Origin: Chlorobiota bacterium
GTDB taxonomy: Bacteria > Bacteroidota > Bacteroidia > Bacteroidales > JAADJA01
Length of the DNA stretch: 33,470 nucleotides
NCBI GenBank assembly: GCA_030592565.1
Contig: JAUVIX010000001.1
Location: 1-33,470 of the forward strand
Direction of reading: 5' to 3'
The position numbers and the translations under genes are program-made. Shown here piece by piece: positions 16,625-24,003 of the stretch (its first letter is position 1; the number at the start of each line of letters is the position of its first letter). The notes beneath the pieces are model-generated. The model saw nothing but the letters and a program-made list of their open reading frames with translations, was not told where the DNA came from and did no database searches.

Positions 16625-18352
16625 TCATTCCACCAACTTCTTCTCCTTAACCTTCCTGTCAAGATTCTTTGATCCTCCACCACCTGTATTCTTAGCCTTT
16701 TGCCAATATTGCAATGCCTCATCTTCCCTGTCAAGCTTCCACAAGATATCGCCGTAATGTTCCAGTACATCAGCATCCTTGTCTCCGCCATTATCAAGGG
16801 CATTTTTTATTAAAAACTCAGCATCGCTGAAATTCCCTTTCATATACAAAACCCAACCGTATGTATCAAGATTAGCCGGACTATTAGGTTTCAAATCCAC
16901 CGATCTTTTAGCCATTTCGGCGGCCTTATCCAGCCTCTCATTCCGCAGGGAAAGATAGTAGGCATAGTTGTTTAAAACGAAGTCATTATTAGGGTTTATT
17001 TGCAAAACCTCATCATAGCATTTATCTGATTTTTGGTTATCTCCAACCTGATTATAAGCATCGCCAAGATATGTCAGAAACTGTTCCTTAAGTTGCGGAC
17101 TATTTACCACATAATTAACACCAACACTCAAAATATCAACACATTTATCCCACTCCTTTTCCACATAATAAACGCCCCCGGCAAATAGATAAGGTAAGGG
17201 CATTTCAGGAAACAGATCGATAGTGCGCAGACTCTCATCAAGCAGCGCTTCATTCTCTTCAAGCTGCGATTCTATAAACAAAAGCTGTTCCCATACGACA
17301 TATTTACTGCTGTCCATCGAAATAACTTTCCGGAACGCATTGCGGGCATCTTCAAAGCGGTTATCCTGATATAGAAGGTCACCGTATATCGACCATGATT
17401 TCGGATTCTCAGGATGTACATTTATTAAAATTTCCGCAAGCTGAAATGCCTCATCTTTATTATCTTCGTAATATTCATTGGCTGTATAGTACGAAAGCAG
17501 TATCTGAACCTTTGTGTCAATATCAAGATTCTTGTTGGAAAATCCTATTTTTAGCTCTTCAAATGATTTTTTATCTTCACCGCTTTTCTTGTAATAATCA
17601 GCCAAAGATACGTGAATATACGGATCGTCAGGATCGAGCTCTTCTATTTTATGATATGTCTCGAGTGCTTTATCGTTCATTCCATTGTTAAGATACATCT
17701 CGGCAAGAATGCCATAATAGTGGGTCTCCTTAGGATATTGAGCGACCAGCTTCTCTATTTCGGCAATAGCCTTTTCAGGCTTGTTTTGCTGTAGATAAAG
17801 ATTTTGCTTTTTCATGGAAATATCCTCAGTAATGCCAAATTTTTCTTCAAGCCGGTTAAACGTTTCGATAGCTTTATCATTCTTGCCGGCATAGATATAT
17901 GCTACTGCCAGACGATTGTAGTAGTCAGGATTGTTAGGGCTTAGTTCCAAAACTCTTTTAAAAACATCAACGGCAGCATCATACTGCTCAAAGGATTGCA
18001 ACAGGCTTCCATAAAGCAACAGATAAAATTTATTTCCGGAATTAATTTTTGTTGCCTGTCTGGCATATATCAGGGCTTCGTGTCTGTTGTTTTTAAGAAG
18101 GCTGATCTTGGCCAACTCAAACATTGAAGCTGCATCATTATTATTTATTTCAATACATTTTTTATACAGCCTTTCCGCTTCTTCAAAATTACCAGTAATA
18201 TATGCTTTGGTGGCATCGTAGTAAACAGATGTATTCTCTTTAGGCTTCCCATCCTTCTCTCCCGTTGCCTTAGATAACTTCTCTCCAGATTTACATGAGA
18301 AAATAAATAAAGTGAAAATTACTAATACTAATATTCGGAGTTTGATAATCAT
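16625..18352 (-). CDS. Tetratricopeptide-repeat lipoprotein
   Basis: 575 aa with lipobox LFIFSC-KSG. TPR-like 34-aa helical repeats run throughout (e.g. AERLYKKCIEINNNDAASMFELA, AVDVFKRVLELSPNNPDYYNRLA). Confidence 0.9.
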   Translation of the reverse strand: MIIKLRILVLVIFTLFIFSCKSGEKLSKATGEKDGKPKENTSVYYDATKAYITGNFEEAERLYKKCIEINNNDAASMFELAKISLLKNNRHEALIYARQATKINSGNKFYLLLYGSLLQSFEQYDAAVDVFKRVLELSPNNPDYYNRLAVAYIYAGKNDKAIETFNRLEEKFGITEDISMKKQNLYLQQNKPEKAIAEIEKLVAQYPKETHYYGILAEMYLNNGMNDKALETYHKIEELDPDDPYIHVSLADYYKKSGEDKKSFEELKIGFSNKNLDIDTKVQILLSYYTANEYYEDNKDEAFQLAEILINVHPENPKSWSIYGDLLYQDNRFEDARNAFRKVISMDSSKYVVWEQLLFIESQLEENEALLDESLRTIDLFPEMPLPYLFAGGVYYVEKEWDKCVDILSVGVNYVVNSPQLKEQFLTYLGDAYNQVGDNQKSDKCYDEVLQINPNNDFVLNNYAYYLSLRNERLDKAAEMAKRSVDLKPNSPANLDTYGWVLYMKGNFSDAEFLIKNALDNGGDKDADVLEHYGDILWKLDREDEALQYWQKAKNTGGGGSKNLDRKVKEKKLVE

Positions 18353-18383
18353 ATAACTTTTTTAAATCTTCAATCTCAAAAAT

Positions 18384-18818
18384 TTACTTTGTTCCAGTAC
18401 TTCCGAATCCGCCTGCACCCCTCTCTGTCTCTTTCAATTCATCAACTTCTATCCATTCGGCCTGTTCATGGCTTGCAATGACCATCTGTGCGATACGTTC
18501 GCCGTCATTAACAACAAACTCCTCGTTAGAAATGTTCGCAAGGATTATTTTTATTTCTCCGCGATAGTCTGCGTCAATAGTTCCGGGAGTGTTCAGAAGT
18601 GTTATTCCTTTCTTGATGGCGAGCCCGCTTCTTGGCCTTATCTGTGCTTCATATCCTACCGGAAGTTCAATGAACAACCCTGTCGGGATAAGACTTCTTT
18701 CCAAAGGTTTCAACACAACCGGTTCATCTAAGTTCGCCCTGAGATCAACTCCGGCAGAGGCATTTGTTTCGTATAATGGTAATCTGTGTTTCGATTTGTT
18801 GACTATTTTGATTTTCAT
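18384..18818 (-). CDS. dut: dUTP diphosphatase
   Basis: 144 aa with the canonical motifs [32 protein letters not shown] and [10 protein letters not shown]. Confidence 0.95.
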   Translation of the reverse strand: MKIKIVNKSKHRLPLYETNASAGVDLRANLDEPVVLKPLERSLIPTGLFIELPVGYEAQIRPRSGLAIKKGITLLNTPGTIDADYRGEIKIILANISNEEFVVNDGERIAQMVIASHEQAEWIEVDELKETERGAGGFGSTGTK

Positions 18819-18841
18819 ATCGATATCGCTTTTAAAGCGTG

Positions 18842-18849
18842 CAAAATTA
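18842..18849 (-). promoter_or_regulatory. Candidate -7 promoter box (TAATTTTG on the minus strand) for dut and the downstream envelope genes
   Basis: The plus strand reads CAAAATTA, an exact TAnnTTTG match on the minus strand. It lies 24 nt upstream of the dut ATG at 18818. Confidence 0.4.
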
Positions 18850-18919
18850 CATAAAATTGTGGATGTGAGGGTTAAGAGATGTTAAAAATGATTGACGAAA
18901 ATCTGAACAATTTGTCAAA

Positions 18920-18956
18920 GGGATCGTCCCCTTTAGGGGATTGAGGGGCGTGTGGG
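18920..18956 (+). other. G-rich island with a short hairpin, inside an AT-rich intergenic region
   Basis: Four G-runs at 18920-22 (GGG), 18936-39 (GGGG), 18945-48 (GGGG) and 18954-56 (GGG). A tcccc-ttta-gggga stem-loop at 18927-18940 competes with them. No function is assigned. Confidence 0.3.
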
Positions 18957-18960
18957 CTTT

Positions 18961-19020
18961 GATTTACGAATGACGAATGCGATTTACGATTGACGAAGAC
19001 GATTTACGAGTAATGCGACC
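18961..19020. repeat. Three tandem 20-nt direct repeats, each starting GATTTACGA
   Basis: gatttacgaatgacgaatgc / gatttacgattgacgaagac / gatttacgagtaatgcgacc. They sit in the 457-nt divergent region between dut and the T9SS cargo gene. An extra TTGACGAA copy lies at 18891-18898. Confidence 0.85.
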
Positions 19021-19275
19021 TGTGAGGTTTTCCAGTATTAGCAGAAGCTTTCTAAAATAAACAAAATCTATTCATTTTTTTTTGCATTTACTATTTTTAT
19101 TCGTAATATTGCAATCAGGATCTATCCATATTCAGGTTTTTCGCAGGAAGTTGTCTTCTGCCCGCCATATTTCCCAGAAGGCAAAACATTAAATTTATCA
19201 GGCGCTGTGCCTTTGATATATATGTTCTTTTAATATTTATTGAAAACCGATTTAAAACAATAAAAACATACAATT

Positions 19276-20427
19276 ATGAAAACAGTAACTTCAATTTTTT
19301 TAACGACTCTTTTGAGCATTGTTTTATTAAATCAAACAGGGAATGCTCAATGCATCTACTGCAATTCAAACACTATAGGCGACTCATCAAGTGCTATTGG
19401 TGCTGAAAATATCTCCACAGGGGCATATTCTTTGGCCTCGGGTTTCCAAAATGAAGCAACAGGCAAATTCTCTTTTGCAGGTGGCGAAGAATCAGTTGCT
19501 TCACAAAAATGGGCATTTGCTTATGGAGAAAGAGCTATTGCCAATGGATTTAGGAGTTTTGCGCAAGGAATGGATGTGGTTGCATTTGGCGGGAACTCAG
19601 TCGCCATTGGAAGGTATGTCAAGACAAACACCAGCGATGCGATGGTAATAGGTTATGGTGTTGATATTGACAATTATCTTACAAATAGTATTAATGGGTC
19701 ATTAATGATTGGATTTAACAGTGATATCCCTACTTTTTTCATTGAGTCTGCTTCAGGTGCTGGAACATTTGGAAAAGTGGGGATTGGTACATCTGACCCG
19801 TCAAAAATGCTTGAAGTGAATGGAACATTTAAAGTTAATCAGGGATCCTATATGAGTACTATTAATTTAGATGATTCCGATATTAGATACATAAACCAAT
19901 TAAGTGGAAATGATGGGTTAAAATTTAAAGGAAAAACGCTTTTAACAAATACCCAGATGATTTTAACGGAAGAAGGAAAACTGGGAATCGGAGTAGATGC
20001 TCCTGATGCAAAATTGCAGGTTAACGGAAATATTTTTATTGATGACGCTAATTCAGGATTGATATTAAAATCCCCAGACGGACAATGCTGGAAAGGAACA
20101 ATTGACGATAATGGCAGCTTTACTTTTGAAAATATTGATTGCAATTTGGTAACCGGAAACAATGAAGATTCGGGGATATCACAACAACAAACAGCCCATA
20201 TATTCCCAAATCCTGCAGGGAATAAGATCTATATTGAAATTCCTGTCGGGCTACAACAAACCTATATGGCACTATACAATGAGCAGGGTATTTTGTTACA
20301 AAGCAAAGATTTGCAGGAAGGGAGAAATGCGGTTTCTCTCAAGAAAATTCAGAGTGGAATTATAGTTGTGAAAATTTTTAATGTAACAGGGGAATTGGTT
20401 TCGACCGAAAAGGTGATGCACCGATAA
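19276..20427 (+). CDS. Secreted T9SS cargo protein with YadA-head-like / tail-fibre-like repeats and a type A C-terminal sorting domain
   Basis: 383 aa with a signal peptide (NQTGNA-QC). It has degenerate SxAxG-type repeats (SSSAIGAENISTGAYSLASGFQNEATGKFSFAGG...GNSVAIG) and GKVGIGTSDPSKMLEVNG / GKLGIGVDAPDAKLQVNG motifs. The C-terminal ~80 aa (IFPNPAGNKIYIEIP...GIIVVKIFNVTGELVSTEKVM) look like a Por_Secre_tail domain. Confidence 0.8.
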   Translation: MKTVTSIFLTTLLSIVLLNQTGNAQCIYCNSNTIGDSSSAIGAENISTGAYSLASGFQNEATGKFSFAGGEESVASQKWAFAYGERAIANGFRSFAQGMDVVAFGGNSVAIGRYVKTNTSDAMVIGYGVDIDNYLTNSINGSLMIGFNSDIPTFFIESASGAGTFGKVGIGTSDPSKMLEVNGTFKVNQGSYMSTINLDDSDIRYINQLSGNDGLKFKGKTLLTNTQMILTEEGKLGIGVDAPDAKLQVNGNIFIDDANSGLILKSPDGQCWKGTIDDNGSFTFENIDCNLVTGNNEDSGISQQQTAHIFPNPAGNKIYIEIPVGLQQTYMALYNEQGILLQSKDLQEGRNAVSLKKIQSGIIVVKIFNVTGELVSTEKVMHR

Positions 20428-20527
20428 GTTATTATTATGCTCTTTCAGAATGTAAGGGCAATACAAAAGACAAAAAATATAAGTTTTAACCGGTTTCAAT
20501 AAAATATTTATAGTAGGTTAACAATCC

Positions 20528-21709
20528 TTAAAAATTCCATTTCACCCTCAAGAAAGCGAAGTTGATTTGTTGTTTTTGTGTAATGCCGGTAATGGCATTG
20601 GGAAAATCCCCTCTAAAATATTGATATATAAAGCTAAACATCAGATTATCAGATAGAGAAAAATCGAAACCCGGATTTAAAAAATAACCATTAATTTCTG
20701 GGTAATACATTCCGGCGAGAGATAAATTAAACAAAGGAGTTATTGGATACTGTATGCTTCCAAAAATATTCCAGGGCGTGAATGATAAGTATTTAGCATT
20801 CAGGTTCGATGTATAAAAAGTGGCAAAATTATTTAGTGGATTATCTTTGGGGATTTCAGTATAAAGCACCTGAGCCATAATATTCAAAGAGTTGCTAAAA
20901 GTATAATCAAGCGAAAATGTTCCGCTAAAACTGGCTTCGCGTGTAGTATCACTGTTGTCAATCGGATTAAAATATGTAGCCTCACCACGGAAACCAAGAT
21001 TTTTAATGGCACCGGCCCAGCCAAAGCCGGCAATATAATCACGCTGCTCCATCTCCCCGAGAATAAGCTGAAAGTCGTAATTCCATTTATTAATTAACCA
21101 TTTTGCAGCCACAGTCATTCGCTCCTCGTAATTGACAGAGGCAGCTACTTCGAGCGATGATGCTGCGCCGGTATAATATTGAATCCGCACGGCATCGCTA
21201 CCCGGCTTCTCTTCATAATCAAAATCGAAATAAGAATAGGTATTAAAAATATCATTAGGATTCCACACTAATGTCCGTCCCCAGTTAATGCGTTGGCGTC
21301 CGAGTTGAAAGTCCCATTTTCCGGTGCTATACTTAATATAAAGCCGATCGAGATTCATATTCAGTAAAAAGTTTTGCTCACTTAATACATTTTTATTAAG
21401 ATGTAAATATCCGGTTTCTGTTTCTATCATATCGTCATATCCGGGAATTAAAAGAACAGAATTCCCGTAAATAAAGCGTGTTCGTAGTTGGGCTACAAAC
21501 GAAAACTTTTCCGTTGGGAAGTACTCAAAATTCAGACGATTATGCAATTGATTATCAATAAGCCAGGCATTTGAAATACTATCAAAGCTGTTTGAATTCA
21601 TATACGAAATATAGCCGTTGAGTGTACATTTCCGCTGTTTTTTATCCTGAGCAGAGATATGGAATATCATCCCAAAAACTAATAACCCGAAAACAAATAT
21701 CTTTTTCAT
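20528..21709 (-). CDS. Outer-membrane beta-barrel protein (GRQ..WG motif, AlgE/DUF1302-like); last gene of the Lol-like operon
   Basis: 393 aa with a signal peptide (IFHISA-QD). Alternating-hydrophobic beta-strand pattern throughout, the motif LGRQRINWGRTLVWNPNDIF, and a C-terminal aromatic (VKWNF). The family call is tentative. Confidence 0.7.
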   Translation of the reverse strand: MKKIFVFGLLVFGMIFHISAQDKKQRKCTLNGYISYMNSNSFDSISNAWLIDNQLHNRLNFEYFPTEKFSFVAQLRTRFIYGNSVLLIPGYDDMIETETGYLHLNKNVLSEQNFLLNMNLDRLYIKYSTGKWDFQLGRQRINWGRTLVWNPNDIFNTYSYFDFDYEEKPGSDAVRIQYYTGAASSLEVAASVNYEERMTVAAKWLINKWNYDFQLILGEMEQRDYIAGFGWAGAIKNLGFRGEATYFNPIDNSDTTREASFSGTFSLDYTFSNSLNIMAQVLYTEIPKDNPLNNFATFYTSNLNAKYLSFTPWNIFGSIQYPITPLFNLSLAGMYYPEINGYFLNPGFDFSLSDNLMFSFIYQYFRGDFPNAITGITQKQQINFAFLRVKWNF

Positions 21710-21768
21710 TTGATTAATTCAATCCATTATTCCAACACCCAATCTACTATGTTAGACTATCACCACCA

Positions 21769-21831
21769 TATGTGAGAGCATCCACGCTCGGCATTACCTC
21801 ATTATGTGAGAGCGTCCACACTCGGCATTAC
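21769..21831 (-). repeat. Two 29-nt direct repeats (34-nt period), each able to form a 5-bp/UGGA-tetraloop hairpin in the sense RNA
   Basis: tatgtgagagcAtccacGctcggcattac (21769-21797) and tatgtgagagcGtccacActcggcattac (21803-21831). They lie in the 159-nt gap between the ATPase stop and the barrel ATG. On the minus strand the hairpins read GAGCG-UGGA-UGCUC and GAGUG-UGGA-CGCUC. Confidence 0.75.
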
Positions 21832-21868
21832 AAAAACTCAACTTATCTATCCCTCCAACCTCATTAAG

Positions 21869-22543
21869 CTATTCAATAACCTTCCCATCTTCCAACTTAA
21901 TCAGTCTGCGCGCCTTTTTCATTACACGAACATCGTGAGTAGAAAATATGAAGGTAATATTTTCCTCTCTGTTTAATTGCTCCATAATATCCAGAAGATT
22001 CTCAGTTGACTTTGAATCCAGGTTAGCAGTAGGCTCATCAGCAAGGATAAATTTGGGTTTCGAGGCAAGTGCACGTGCCACGGCCACTCTTTGCTGTTGC
22101 CCGCCGGAAAGTTTAGCAGGACGCACTTTGGCACGATCTCCAATACCTACTGACTCAAGCAAAGCCATTGATCTTTCTTCCCGTTCCTTTTTTGACCGCC
22201 CCTGCAGGTGCATAACAAACTCTACATTTTCGCGTGCAGTAAGTACCGGAATCAGGTTGTATGCCTGAAACACAAAACCAATATTATTCATCCGGAAATC
22301 AGTTAACTTCGATTCTTTTAAATCTCCAATATTTACTCCATCTATGATGATTTCGCCACTACTTGGAGAATCCAGACCGCCAAGAAGATTTAATAATGTG
22401 GTCTTCCCACAGCCGGAAGGCCCTACAATTGCCGAAAACTCACCTTCTTTAAAACTCAGATTTATATTATTTACAGCATGAACAGCAATTTCACTGTTTT
22501 CGTTATAAATCTTATTCAAATTTTTTAACTTAATAATACTCAT
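21869..22543 (-). CDS. ABC transporter ATP-binding protein, LolD/MacB-type
   Basis: 224 aa with Walker A GPSGCGKTT, signature LSGGQQQRVAVARAL, Walker B FILADEPT and H-loop STHD. Confidence 0.95.
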   Translation of the reverse strand: MSIIKLKNLNKIYNENSEIAVHAVNNINLSFKEGEFSAIVGPSGCGKTTLLNLLGGLDSPSSGEIIIDGVNIGDLKESKLTDFRMNNIGFVFQAYNLIPVLTARENVEFVMHLQGRSKKEREERSMALLESVGIGDRAKVRPAKLSGGQQQRVAVARALASKPKFILADEPTANLDSKSTENLLDIMEQLNREENITFIFSTHDVRVMKKARRLIKLEDGKVIE

Positions 22544-22579
22544 TTTATCTTGTCTTTTTCAGTTGTTTCAAAATATTAA

Positions 22580-23998
22580 TTACTCTTTACGTATAGCCTC
22601 GGCCGGTTTAAGTCGTATGGCATGAAAAGCCGGATATATTGACGCGAGGATACCGGTCAAAATTACCATTAATGTTACTTTTACATAACTTTGAAAGTCC
22701 ACAGTTGGATAAATCATTGTCGGGTATCCAATGGCTTCAAGCCCATCGCTGAAAGAGCTAAGGTCAATCCCAAAATGAAACAAGATTGAAATCGCAATCC
22801 AGCTCAGAAAAATTCCAATTACACCACCGGTCAGAGATAGAAAAACCGTTTCGAAAAGAATCATAAGAAATACCCGTTTGCGGTTCATACCAATGGCAAT
22901 TAGCATACCCAATTCGCGCACCCGCTCAAGTACCACCATTAACATTGTGTTTACAATACCAAAACCGAGAGCCAACAAAATAATTCCCACAAAAAGGTAA
23001 AGCATTAAATTTAGCCAGGAGGCCATCATGGCGAGTTCAGGCGAAAGGTTTTCCCATTCAGAAACATTCAATCCGGTTTCAGCAATAGCTTGTAATTGCT
23101 TTTTATATTGGCTATAAACATCGACTCCCAGTTTTTGGGTCATTTTTTCCTCAAATTCATCATATGTAAATTCGTCCTCCGATTTTAACGACATCAGGGC
23201 TTTATACATTTCGTCAGGAATAGAGTCATTACGTGCTTTAAGCAATGCCTTATCATCAATTGTAAAATGGGTATATTTCTTTTTCAGCACCTGGCATATT
23301 TCACTTGTCTGCATCATATCTTCCATCAGGATAGCGATTTCGTGGGCTTCATTATCAGCAAATCCAAAAACTTTTGCAGCATCATCATAACAGATAATAA
23401 CATTCATCTCATCGTAAGTGGAATTTTGAGTTTGGAAGATGCCAACTACCCTAAAAACTTCGCGTATTGATTGCCCGTTAATATCAACCGTATTAATCAT
23501 CAGTTTACTACGCACATGGACTTTAAGCTTTTCAGCCATTTTTTGTCCAATAAGTATTGGGTTCCTCTTTATACCTTCAAAATATTTACTTGTAGAATCA
23601 ACTAAATGCTTATATAGTTGAGTAACTTTCTTTTCATTATCAGGTTCAACGGCAATAAGTACAGCTCCGGAAGCTGAACGATTAGAGCTTATCATAACTT
23701 CAGCCTTAAACCGTTTGCTAACTGCTTCTACATTGGGCATGCGGGCAATATCCTGAATGATTTCGTTACTGTTTTCAATAACAAACTCTATTTCATCATT
23801 TTCCATAAAAGCTGCCTGATGCAATTGCAATGAAGATACTTCAATTTGAATGGCATCATCAAGCCTGCCCAGTAACATTCCATTCATAAGTGCTACAGCC
23901 ACAATGCCACTGAGGAGCCCAAAGCAGATGGCCATTATCACAACCAGGCTTCTTACTTTGCTACGCCATATATTCTTCCATGCTATTGATAGTATCAT
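22580..23998 (-). CDS. ABC transporter permease, FtsX/MacB (type VII) family, LolC/E-like, copy 2
   Basis: 472 aa. The N-terminus is SIAWKNIWRSKVRS plus TM1. A long extracytoplasmic domain follows, then three C-terminal TMs carrying the FtsX motif (VLERVRELGMLIAIGMNRKRV). Confidence 0.9.
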   Translation of the reverse strand: MILSIAWKNIWRSKVRSLVVIMAICFGLLSGIVAVALMNGMLLGRLDDAIQIEVSSLQLHQAAFMENDEIEFVIENSNEIIQDIARMPNVEAVSKRFKAEVMISSNRSASGAVLIAVEPDNEKKVTQLYKHLVDSTSKYFEGIKRNPILIGQKMAEKLKVHVRSKLMINTVDINGQSIREVFRVVGIFQTQNSTYDEMNVIICYDDAAKVFGFADNEAHEIAILMEDMMQTSEICQVLKKKYTHFTIDDKALLKARNDSIPDEMYKALMSLKSEDEFTYDEFEEKMTQKLGVDVYSQYKKQLQAIAETGLNVSEWENLSPELAMMASWLNLMLYLFVGIILLALGFGIVNTMLMVVLERVRELGMLIAIGMNRKRVFLMILFETVFLSLTGGVIGIFLSWIAISILFHFGIDLSSFSDGLEAIGYPTMIYPTVDFQSYVKVTLMVILTGILASIYPAFHAIRLKPAEAIRKE

Positions 23999-24003
23999 AT
24001 AAA

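Noticed and set aside
20488-20495. AACCGGTT palindrome between the convergent T9SS cargo and barrel genes, considered as a terminator
   Set aside because: It is only 8 bp with no loop and no U-tract, so it is too weak to call.
21770-21860. Mini-ORFs on the minus strand encoded by the 29-nt repeats (MPSVDALT and MPSVDALTYGGDSLT)
   Set aside because: They are only 8 and 14 codons long and arise simply because the repeat contains an ATG. There is no promoter or start context, so an RNA-level or DNA-level role is more parsimonious.
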